Source: an uncultured bacterium (lineage in GTDB: Bacteria > Zixibacteria > MSB-5A5 > CAIYYT01). From it: 64,000 nucleotides of DNA. Both the position numbers and the translations under genes were made by a program. How positions within the stretch are numbered: the stretch's first letter is position 1; every line of letters begins with the position of its first letter. The stretch spans positions 32,001 to 96,000 of the forward strand of contig CAVSCK010000002.1 in NCBI GenBank assembly GCA_963726455.1, written 5' to 3'. The notes under the pieces were generated by a model. The model was given only the letters and a program-made list of their open reading frames with translations, did no database searches and had not been told where the DNA came from. This document shows, piece by piece, positions 1-8,299 of the stretch.

Positions 1-1424
1 GAGTACAATAGGGCGTCGCGCTCGGCCAGGACGGAAACTACGTTGCGAAAGTTTGACAGTCTGATTGACGTCGCGTCTTTGGCGTACTCTATTGCTCTCG
101 CGGATTGTCCGGCTGCCAGATAGTATCTGGCGTAGTCTTCCAATGCCGCTGCATATTGGGGATGTTGCTTGCCGTAATATCGAGTTGAGATCGCCAGAAT
201 CGAATCGCAGAATCCCTTTGCATGTGCTAGATCTTTACTCGCCACACAAACTTGTGACATTAGCGCAAGGGCAGCGAGAAGATTGGGGTCGCTATCTGAT
301 TGCGTGAATTTGCCCCAAATTTGCAGCGCTGACTCAAGTGCAGATTTGGCCTTCACCGACGAGCGTGACGACCAGTAGTATTCAGCTAGAACTGTATAGG
401 CGAGTGCAACTTTGAATGCAGTCCGGGGGACACTCGTATCTGATGCCGCTTTCGTCAGTTCAATTGAGTGTTTCAGCAGTTCCTCGACGGTCGCGGTTGA
501 ATCCATCAGCATTCTGACCACTGCGAGGTTGGTCAAAGATTGGGCAACATTGAGCTCTTGTCCAGCAGGAGCATTCTCACGAATCGTCACCGCGCGCTGC
601 AACATCTTCTCCGCCTCGTCGAGCCGGTTAAGTTGCATATAGACGAGACCAAGAGAATTGCATACTTCGGCGACCTCAGGATGATCAGGTCCCCTCTCGG
701 ATTCGCGGATGACCAGCGCCCTTCTCAACAATTGCTCCGCTTCGTCAAAGCGGGCCAGGTCACGACAGAAGATGCCCATAGCCAGCAGGGACGAAGCCAC
801 CGATGGATCGTCCTTCCCATAAGCCTTCTCGCTTATTTCCAGCGCTTCTCGTGAAAGATGCAAAGCTTCATCGAACTGTCCGGCACTGCGATACGATTCT
901 GCCAGATTAACAAGAGTGCTGATGTACTTGCGATTTCCTTTGCCAAGAAGCCGCTCTCTGATGACAAGTGCGGCCCGGTACTGCTCCTGTGCCTCTTCGT
1001 AATGCCCGGTGGTCAGGGCGATATTGCCCAAATTGTTGTGGATGTTGGCGACAAACTCGTGGTCAGCACCTTTCAATGCCTTCTCCCATATTGCCGCAGA
1101 AACGGTGTACAACGATTCAGCCCGGACTACGTCATTCCTGGCGAAATAGCAGACGCCGATGAAATTGATGACGCGGCCGGTTGCAGTGTCGGCAGGGCCT
1201 CTGATCGATAGCACTTCTCTCCAAGCCGAAGTAGCCAGAGTCAAAGCGGAATCGGTATTCCCCGCTTCCTTCTGTTTGATGGCCTTTTGGTAAGACTGTA
1301 GCCAGTTCGCGATTGGGGCTGCTGATTCCTGAGCCGCGCCATGAGAAGCCATAACTAGCAGCAAAGCCAGACACATGGCTGCCACACTGCGATGGAACAG
1401 GTTTCTGCGATCGACGGTCAGCAT
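1..1424 (-). CDS. Secreted/membrane-anchored TPR-repeat protein, 3'-partial (runs off window; may continue into a CHAT domain)
   Basis: Not in the ORF track; translated by hand from ATG 1424 (upstream GAAGGAAG): MLTVDRRNLFHRSVAAMCLALLLVMASHGAAQES..., then kinesin-light-chain-like TPRs (ANIHNNLGNIALTTGHYEEAQEQYRAALVIRERLLG; DHPEVAEVCNSLGLVYMQLNRLDEAEKMLQRAVTIRE). Confidence 0.85.
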   Translation of the reverse strand, partial: MLTVDRRNLFHRSVAAMCLALLLVMASHGAAQESAAPIANWLQSYQKAIKQKEAGNTDSALTLATSAWREVLSIRGPADTATGRVINFIGVCYFARNDVVRAESLYTVSAAIWEKALKGADHEFVANIHNNLGNIALTTGHYEEAQEQYRAALVIRERLLGKGNRKYISTLVNLAESYRSAGQFDEALHLSREALEISEKAYGKDDPSVASSLLAMGIFCRDLARFDEAEQLLRRALVIRESERGPDHPEVAEVCNSLGLVYMQLNRLDEAEKMLQRAVTIRENAPAGQELNVAQSLTNLAVVRMLMDSTATVEELLKHSIELTKAASDTSVPRTAFKVALAYTVLAEYYWSSRSSVKAKSALESALQIWGKFTQSDSDPNLLAALALMSQVCVASKDLAHAKGFCDSILAISTRYYGKQHPQYAAALEDYARYYLAAGQSARAIEYAKDATSIRLSNFRNVVSVLAERDALLY

Positions 1425-1659
1425 TGACACGCTTCCTTCAAAGACTTTCGCCAGTCATGTAGTCTCAAAACCATTGTAACGTAGCTGAACGAAGTTGACT
1501 TTCGCCTCGGGGCAATATATATTCGCATTCAGAAATCAGCAAGATTAGCCGGCGTGGGCAAAGCTGGGCTGCGTTTGTCAGGCAGGCATACTCGGCGCCG
1601 GGTTGTACTCACATTCGTTTGCATTACAGTGCACCAATGTGATCTCGGAAAGTTATTTG

Positions 1660-1688
1660 TGTCACAATGTGGAAGGTGGCTACACAAT
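1660..1688 (+). promoter_or_regulatory. ECF-sigma-like promoter TGTCAC-N17-CACAAT (copy 1)
   Basis: TGTCAC aatgtggaaggtggcta CACAAT, 130 nt upstream of ATG 1819; identical boxes and spacing at 5373 and 8227. Confidence 0.7.
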
Positions 1689-1818
1689 ACGGCATAACGG
1701 CTACCGGTTTGCCTGTATATGAGGAATATCCATGAGCGTGCCGAAAGGCGGAACATCAATGGATATCGTTTGCCACCAATGAAAAATCGCCGACAACAAT
1801 CGGGCGAAAGGAGTTTCT

Positions 1819-3369
1819 ATGAACAAGTGTGGTATCGTTGTGGCTGTGGTCATTTTACTTAGCTGCTTCCTGACCACGTCGCTATTGGCTGTAGAGGGAG
1901 TCCCGACAACCACAACCAACCAAGGTATAATTATCTGTTCCCCCTGGCCGTCGTGCTTGAACAGCCCGACTGCAAGTGTCAAAGTGGGTCATCCGATCAC
2001 CGGCGACAGCGTCAACATCACCAGTGACTATTACGAGGGCCCGTTTTCGTTTCAACCGGATTCCAGCGGCGCCTACAGCATTATCATCGGTAACCATGTT
2101 CCACTATCTGCCGACGTCTTTAGCGACACAGGGCTTTATATGCAATTACTAATCAACGGCCAGCCAATCGCCCCGGCTGCCAGACTGACAACAGTTCCCT
2201 ATGCGTTTGTGACTCAGAGAGTCATGGGGGATGTCGAGACGAGTCCGGGCAAGCTCTTTGTAGTTGGCAGTGGCTGGGAGATCGGAATTGGAGATGGTCG
2301 CATCTTGCTGCAATCGGGTGGAGATTCGCTTCTGAATATTAGTGATCTCGATGGTTTCAACTGGTGGGGCAGGGCCAACTTCGGCAAAGGAAACACAATC
2401 ATTGATACGTCGGTAGCGTTCGTCGCAGGCGAGAACTGCCATGCAACCGGGGCCTGGTCAACTGTTGGTGGAGGTGGTGACAACACTGCCAGCCAAGTGT
2501 ACACTACTGTTGCCGGAGGTCACAACTGCGGGGCTTCTGCATCCGGCGCATCGGTATTGGGTGGATACCAGAACATCGCGGGCGGAACTGATGCGGCCGT
2601 CGGAGGTGGCTATGGGAACTGGGCATTTGGGGCCAGGTCGGTCATTGCCGGTGGGCAAGGCAATCTCGTGACCGGCGGCGCTTCCTTTGCTGCCGGCGAC
2701 CAATGCAAAGTAGCAGGAAATTACTCGGCGGCCATTGGCACACTCTGTAAAGCAGCGAATACGATTTCATATGCTTTCGGAAACCGGGCGGAAGCTCATC
2801 ACGACGGTGCGGTCGTGATATCCGCTAACTCCAGCATGGTTATGACGGACACAATTTCCTCGAGCGGTGCCGAACAGATGGTGCTGCGAGCGGATGGAGG
2901 TTTCTACCTCGGTAAGAACACTAATCTCGCCAGCATACCCGGAACCGATTTTCTCTACACCTCTTCGGGAGCGCATCTCACTACCGGTGGAGTCTGGACG
3001 AATTCCTGTGACTCAAGCGCCAAGGAGAATTTTGAAACGGTCGACGGGGAAGCGCTACTGTCAAAACTGGCTGATCTCCCGATAAGCGAATGGAATTACA
3101 AGGCAGAGAATCCTTCAATCCGGCATATCGGCCCCACGGCGCAGGATTTCAGTCGTCAGTTTGCTCTCGGCACCGATGATAAGTCAATTTCGACTATCGA
3201 CCCATCAGGAATCGCTTTGGCGGCAATCAAAGCTCTCGACAAACGGACGCTGGAACTCAGAGAGAAAACTGACGAACTCGAAACGCAGAAACAGCAGATC
3301 GCGAATCTGACAAAACTGGTCGAAGAGCTCAAGCTCATGGTTGAGCGTCTTCAGTCCAAAGGGAATTAG
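1819..3369 (+). CDS. Secreted trimeric fibre/adhesin-like protein with C-terminal peptidase S74 (intramolecular chaperone) domain and coiled coil
   Basis: Signal peptide; N-domain ending RLTTVPYA; Gly-rich ~14-aa YadA-head-like repeats (STVGGGGDNTA, TVAGGHNCGA, SVLGGYQNIA); S74 motif KENFETVDGEALLSKLADLPISEWNYK...HIGPTAQDF; terminal heptads. Confidence 0.85.
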   Translation: MNKCGIVVAVVILLSCFLTTSLLAVEGVPTTTTNQGIIICSPWPSCLNSPTASVKVGHPITGDSVNITSDYYEGPFSFQPDSSGAYSIIIGNHVPLSADVFSDTGLYMQLLINGQPIAPAARLTTVPYAFVTQRVMGDVETSPGKLFVVGSGWEIGIGDGRILLQSGGDSLLNISDLDGFNWWGRANFGKGNTIIDTSVAFVAGENCHATGAWSTVGGGGDNTASQVYTTVAGGHNCGASASGASVLGGYQNIAGGTDAAVGGGYGNWAFGARSVIAGGQGNLVTGGASFAAGDQCKVAGNYSAAIGTLCKAANTISYAFGNRAEAHHDGAVVISANSSMVMTDTISSSGAEQMVLRADGGFYLGKNTNLASIPGTDFLYTSSGAHLTTGGVWTNSCDSSAKENFETVDGEALLSKLADLPISEWNYKAENPSIRHIGPTAQDFSRQFALGTDDKSISTIDPSGIALAAIKALDKRTLELREKTDELETQKQQIANLTKLVEELKLMVERLQSKGN

Positions 3370-3378
3370 GCGGCAAAC

Positions 3379-3891
3379 ATGTGGAAGAGAATAATTCCCA
3401 CTTCGCTATGGGTCTCTGGCATAATGTTTTTCGTGTTTGTCTGTACGGGACTGCTTATGGGCAGCGCAGGCGCGACTTCCGAACAGGATCAGGGCGCTCA
3501 AGCCGCGAAGCAACATAAGCCCGTGGCCGTCTACAAAATCAAACGACAGGCGATTACTTCCGGAGGCAATCGGGCCGGTTCAACGACATACGCATTGATG
3601 CATTCGATTGGCCAACCCACAGTCGGATCAGGCAGCTCGTCCGGTTATCGTGTAGATATGGGCCTCTGGCAACCAAACACAGGACCTTTTGTCTGCGGTG
3701 ATCCGTCGAATGATGGCTCTGTTGATATCTCTGACGCAGTATACTTGATACAGTACATTTTTGCCGGCGGTCCGGCGCCGAATCCATTGGCATCCGGAGA
3801 TGCTAATGGGGATGGCTCGGTGGACATATCGGATGCTGTGTATTTGATCCAGTACATCTTCTCAGGAGGGCCGGCGCCACAATGCAAGTAA
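3379..3891 (+). CDS. Small secreted protein: GG..SIGQP..GLW domain + type I dockerin
   Basis: Signal peptide; duplicated dockerin repeats GDPSNDGSVDISDAVYLIQYIF / GDANGDGSVDISDAVYLIQYIF flanked by Cys; starts 9 nt after the fibre gene. Confidence 0.85.
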   Translation: MWKRIIPTSLWVSGIMFFVFVCTGLLMGSAGATSEQDQGAQAAKQHKPVAVYKIKRQAITSGGNRAGSTTYALMHSIGQPTVGSGSSSGYRVDMGLWQPNTGPFVCGDPSNDGSVDISDAVYLIQYIFAGGPAPNPLASGDANGDGSVDISDAVYLIQYIFSGGPAPQCK

Positions 3892-3990
3892 TGTTGCACC
3901 GCTGTGCGGTTCGCATTGATAGCACGGATCGCGCTGGTACCGAGACTGACTTGACTCAACCCTAAGTCCTTCTTGAAAGCGAGGTGCCCA

Positions 3991-5286
3991 ATGCATGCTC
4001 TCAGAATCTTCTCTCTTGCGGGTGTAATCTGCGCGGTCTGCACGAGTATGGCGCTCTCTCAGGAGATGGCCTGGCAGAAGTCTTACGGCATTCCAGGCCG
4101 AGGCACCTGTTTCAATAGCATAGTGGTGCAAAATGACGGCTACCTTCTCGCGGGAGTTGATGCCCGTCTGGATGCTCCGACTCGGAAGGCGTACGCAGTT
4201 CGGACAAGCAGGATCGGTGACACTCTTTGGACCCGTCGGTACGACTTCTGTGAATCCCAGGTATTCACAAGTGCCCTGGCAGTATCCGCCGGGGGCTTTC
4301 TCCTGGCTGGTTGGGAATATTGTTTCACTGGTACAACATGTCCGACTTTCCTATTGTTCAGGATCAACGAGAACGGCGATAGCATCTGGGCAAGGAAGCC
4401 ATTCGGCGACTTCTCATATTCCGAGGGCCATAGTCTGATTGAGGCATCAGGGGGTGGATTCATCACCTGCGGCTTCTTGAGCGATGGGTGGACGATTCCC
4501 GACATCTTTGTGTGCGAGACAAACGGTTCCGGAAACATCACTTGGAACAGACGAATGTTGCGACCCGATCTCTGGGAGGAAGCTAATCAGGTAATCCGAA
4601 CTAGGGACGGTTATTACATGGTTGTTGGAAACAGTCAGGAACAAATGGGATCAAGCAACGACTGTTTTGCAATGTTGATGAATAGCGCCGGCGACACTCT
4701 GTGGCTGAGAACTTACGGTATACCTGATAGTATCGAGACGGCATTTGCGGTTGCGGAAGCCGCTGATTCGGGGTTCGTCATAGCGGGATCGGCATTCGCG
4801 GGAATGCAACTCACGAGGATAGGAGGGCACGGGCAATTGCTTTGGCAACGAACCTACGGCGGCAATGGGGCCACAGCTTATGCGATCACAAATACTCCAG
4901 ACGGCGGTTTCGTGATTGGCGGAACGATTCTCCTCAAAGTCAGCCCGCTTGGTGATTCCCTTTGGTCGGCGACATTGCCGGGCGTCGCGAAGGCAGTTGT
5001 CCGGGATATTGATGGGAGCATTATGGTCGCGGGTTGTGGCGCCGTCGAACCCGATGCCTATCTCATCAAATATGTGTTTCCGCACCCCTGTGGCGACGCC
5101 AACGCCGACGGATCAGTCGACATCTTTGATGCGGTTTATCTGATCGCCTATATTTTCTCCGGTGGTCCTGCGCCCAGCCCGCTGGCAGCCGGTGACGCCA
5201 ACAGCGATGGGTCAGTTGATATCTCGGATGTGGTATACCTTATCGCTTACATCTTCAGCGGTGGTCCGGCCCCGTGCGTGATTTAA
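3991..5286 (+). CDS. Secreted beta-propeller repeat protein with C-terminal dockerin
   Basis: Repeats of DGG(F/Y)xxAG...GDTLWTRxYG type; C-terminal GDANADGSVDI dockerin pair; ATG 3991 preceded by GAGG. Confidence 0.85.
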   Translation: MHALRIFSLAGVICAVCTSMALSQEMAWQKSYGIPGRGTCFNSIVVQNDGYLLAGVDARLDAPTRKAYAVRTSRIGDTLWTRRYDFCESQVFTSALAVSAGGFLLAGWEYCFTGTTCPTFLLFRINENGDSIWARKPFGDFSYSEGHSLIEASGGGFITCGFLSDGWTIPDIFVCETNGSGNITWNRRMLRPDLWEEANQVIRTRDGYYMVVGNSQEQMGSSNDCFAMLMNSAGDTLWLRTYGIPDSIETAFAVAEAADSGFVIAGSAFAGMQLTRIGGHGQLLWQRTYGGNGATAYAITNTPDGGFVIGGTILLKVSPLGDSLWSATLPGVAKAVVRDIDGSIMVAGCGAVEPDAYLIKYVFPHPCGDANADGSVDIFDAVYLIAYIFSGGPAPSPLAAGDANSDGSVDISDVVYLIAYIFSGGPAPCVI

Positions 5287-5372
5287 CTCATTAAACCTCA
5301 ATCGAATCGGCCTTGGCAGACAAGTTCGTCAAGGCCTTCGCCCCACCCTTGGTCAGAATTTCTCGAAACGCA

Positions 5373-5401
5373 TGTCACGTTTTGTCTCCTGTTAGCACAA
5401 T
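5373..5401 (+). promoter_or_regulatory. ECF-sigma-like promoter TGTCAC-N17-CACAAT (copy 2)
   Basis: TGTCAC gttttgtctcctgttag CACAAT, 54 nt upstream of ATG 5456. Confidence 0.7.
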
Positions 5402-5455
5402 TGAGTGCAAATGAGAAACTGCAATACTAAACATACTTCACAGGAGGAATCCAAA

Positions 5456-8059
5456 ATGACTCGCAAATGCTATTTGACAACGACGGTGATGCTGGCGGTA
5501 CTGTTCTGGTTTGGGAGTCTCGCTGCTGGAGGTGACAGTAGTATCACAAATGGCCCGGAAGCAGTCAAATCAACAGGCAGAAGCGTGTCGGAATTGCTGA
5601 CGCCTGACGGTCGGTTTGATTTACAGGCAGCTAGAGCGGCAGGTTATCAAGGCGACTTGGATATCGAGGGTTACGGCGTTCAGGTTGACCCCAGGACTGG
5701 CGAGCCCGTTTTGTCTTCGTCTTCGCCGAACATGCCGATCAATGATCCCGGTGATTCGTATTGGGACAACAGTATCTCGCCTTCAATTTCGGGAACCGAC
5801 GGTACGGTCTCAGCTATGACTATCTATGATGGCAAGCTGATCATTGGCGGAGGCTTCAGTGTGGCCGGCAGTGTGAGAGCCAATAATCTAGCGGCTTGGG
5901 ACGGGACATCTTGGACGGCACTAGGTTCGGGAACTAACGGTCAGGTGTCGGCCCTTGCCGTCTTTAGCGACAAGCTGATTGTAGGCGGATTGTTCACCAC
6001 TGCGGGCGGAGTTTCAGCCAATCAAATCGCCTCTTGGGATGGTAACTCGTGGTCTCCACTGGGTTCAGGTGTCAGCAGTCAAGTTAATGCGCTTGTTGTG
6101 TTCGACAACAAGCTGATTGCAGGCGGAGGATTTTCGACAGCTGGAGGAGTCTCTGCCAATGGAATTGCATCCTGGGATGGAAGTTCTTGGACAGCCCTTG
6201 GATCATGGGAGAGTCGCAATGTGTTCGCTCTATCAGTTTACGGTGGCAAGCTTATTTCGGGGGGAACGTTCGTAGCAGCTGGCGATATTAGGTTGAACAA
6301 TATCGCTGCCTGGGATGGATCCACATGGTCAGCTCTAGGCCAAGGTACGAACGGATTTGTCGGGGCTCTTGCGGAATATAATGGCAAGCTGATCGTGGGC
6401 GGGACCTTTAGTCAAGTTGATGGCATGCTAGGGGCCAACCACGTAGCCGCTTGGGACGGTGTCTCGTGGTCAAAGATGGGTCAAGTCACAGATGGTGTGG
6501 ACGGCCGAGTAAACGTTTTGACTACCCACAATGGAAGACTGATTGCAGGTGGTCTATTCATCGCTGCCGGTGGACTCAGCATGAACAACATAGGTGCGTG
6601 GGATGGTACCGAATGGGTAGGCCTTGGCAGGGGCATGGGTTGGGAAGCGACTGCCCTGGCAGAGTTTAACGGACAGTTGATTGCCGCCGGAAGTACTAAC
6701 TGGAACGAAATAGGTTATCGAAATCGCTTGGGTGCCTGGGACGGAAGTTCGTGGTCCTCTTTGGGATACGGATTCAACAACATGGTCCTGTGCATGGTTG
6801 TCTTCAACGGGGAATTGGTGGTCGGGGGAGAATTTGTCCACGCTGGTGGTGTTGAAGCAAACTTCATAGCTGTATGGAATGGCACAGTTTGGTCACCACT
6901 CGGAAAAGGAATGGATAACGTGGTGTCCAGCCTTGCAGTACTTGATGGCAAGTTGTACGCTGGCGGGAGGTTTCTACGAGCAGGAGATGCTGATGCAAAT
7001 CGGATAGCATCCTGGAACGGAGTAGCTTGGAGTGCCCTCGGATCGGGATTCGATGGCGAAGTATCGGCGCTCTCATCTTACGACGGGAAGCTTGTTGTTG
7101 GAGGTAGTTTTGCGTCTGCCGGTGACAGCGTAGTGAACCGAATTGCGACGTGGGATGGCAATGTATGGACTTCGTTGGGAGGAGGCGTAAGTGGTCCGCC
7201 ATACGGGTATTATTATGTGAATGATATAGTCACATTCCGAGGCAGTTTGGTTGTCGGAGGTTCTTTTGAGACCGCGGGAAACGTGGCCGCTAAGAACGTC
7301 GCTACGTGGGACGGTTCAACGTGGTCCTCGCTAGGAGATGGAGTGGGGAGTTCATATCAGTACGTGTCCTCCCTGGAAGTCTTCGGGGACGATCTCGTTG
7401 CAGGGGGCAATTTTGGTATTGCCGGAGGAGTGGCAGCCAAAGACATAGCCGCCTGGGATGGGGTTTCTTGGTCTCCTCTTGGCTCCGGTATCGACAGCTA
7501 TGTAAGCTGTCTTGGCGTCCACGACAACAGATTGATTGCCGGAGGATACTATTCCAATGCAGGCGGTACCGCCGCCAACAATATTTCTGCCTGGAACGGA
7601 TCAGGCTGGCTGAACTTGGGAAGTGGAACAAATGGCAGTGTCTCCGCGCTTTGCACATACGGTGACGAATTGATTGTTGGGGGAGGTTTTGCATTGGCCG
7701 GTGACAAGTCTTCTGCCTTTCTTGCTGCATGGTCCAATGTAGCTTCTGATGTCTACGAGTTTGGCGCGACGACTTTACCAGAGGATTTCGTTCTCGACCA
7801 AAACTTTCCGAATCCTTTCAACCCCATCACGCAAATTGGATTCGACCTGCCGAAATCCTCATTCGTGACTCTGGAAGTTTTCGATATCCTCGGGCGCAAA
7901 GTATCGACCTTGGTGAACGAGCATCTTGCGGCGGGAAACAAGAGAGTTGAGTGGAATGGCACTGACAACAACGGTGCGCAAGTCGCATCCGGGGTATATT
8001 TCTACCGGCTTACCTTTGGCGAAAACGTCGAAACCAGAAGAATGATTCTGATGAAATAA
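5456..8059 (+). CDS. Secreted repeat beta-propeller protein (~14 blades) with T9SS type A / FlgD-Ig C-terminal sorting domain
   Basis: AGGAGG RBS; 13 W(D/N)GxxW repeats of ~48 aa (LIVGGxFxxAGGxxANxIAxWDG); C-terminal QNFPNPFNPIT...ASGVYFYRL...RRMILMK. Confidence 0.9.
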   Translation: MTRKCYLTTTVMLAVLFWFGSLAAGGDSSITNGPEAVKSTGRSVSELLTPDGRFDLQAARAAGYQGDLDIEGYGVQVDPRTGEPVLSSSSPNMPINDPGDSYWDNSISPSISGTDGTVSAMTIYDGKLIIGGGFSVAGSVRANNLAAWDGTSWTALGSGTNGQVSALAVFSDKLIVGGLFTTAGGVSANQIASWDGNSWSPLGSGVSSQVNALVVFDNKLIAGGGFSTAGGVSANGIASWDGSSWTALGSWESRNVFALSVYGGKLISGGTFVAAGDIRLNNIAAWDGSTWSALGQGTNGFVGALAEYNGKLIVGGTFSQVDGMLGANHVAAWDGVSWSKMGQVTDGVDGRVNVLTTHNGRLIAGGLFIAAGGLSMNNIGAWDGTEWVGLGRGMGWEATALAEFNGQLIAAGSTNWNEIGYRNRLGAWDGSSWSSLGYGFNNMVLCMVVFNGELVVGGEFVHAGGVEANFIAVWNGTVWSPLGKGMDNVVSSLAVLDGKLYAGGRFLRAGDADANRIASWNGVAWSALGSGFDGEVSALSSYDGKLVVGGSFASAGDSVVNRIATWDGNVWTSLGGGVSGPPYGYYYVNDIVTFRGSLVVGGSFETAGNVAAKNVATWDGSTWSSLGDGVGSSYQYVSSLEVFGDDLVAGGNFGIAGGVAAKDIAAWDGVSWSPLGSGIDSYVSCLGVHDNRLIAGGYYSNAGGTAANNISAWNGSGWLNLGSGTNGSVSALCTYGDELIVGGGFALAGDKSSAFLAAWSNVASDVYEFGATTLPEDFVLDQNFPNPFNPITQIGFDLPKSSFVTLEVFDILGRKVSTLVNEHLAAGNKRVEWNGTDNNGAQVASGVYFYRLTFGENVETRRMILMK

Positions 8060-8084
8060 TCGATGGGTCAGATTGAGAGGGGAC

Positions 8085-8120
8085 AGCGGCGGTATCCGAA
8101 ACGATGCCGCCGCTTTGTTT
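8085..8120 (+). terminator. Rho-independent terminator
   Basis: Stem AGCGGCGGTATC/GATGCCGCCGCT followed by TTGTTT, just after the stop at 8059. Confidence 0.7.
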
Positions 8121-8226
8121 ATGTGAGCTGCCCTAGACCATCGGTCAGCCCCCTGCCTCCTTACTTCATGCCATTTCAGACGTAACTTGTTATACTGCAA
8201 TGCGTTACGTGGCTCAGGACGGCTTC

Positions 8227-8255
8227 TGTCACATTTCCGGTATTAGTCCCACAAT
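8227..8255 (+). promoter_or_regulatory. ECF-sigma-like promoter TGTCAC-N17-CACAAT (copy 3)
   Basis: TGTCAC atttccggtattagtcc CACAAT, 44 nt upstream of ATG 8300. Confidence 0.7.
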
Positions 8256-8299
8256 AGGATGTGAACGAAATGAATGACAAAAACCGTAAGGAGGAAACA

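Noticed and set aside
65-1374. Short ORFs in the track here, and the many antisense or overlapping ORFs elsewhere
   Set aside because: Shadow frames of longer genes with recognisable domains; no RBS or motif support.
1819-3369. Prophage, suggested by the tail-fibre chaperone domain
   Set aside because: The protein has a Sec signal peptide and there are no phage structural, integrase or lysis genes nearby.
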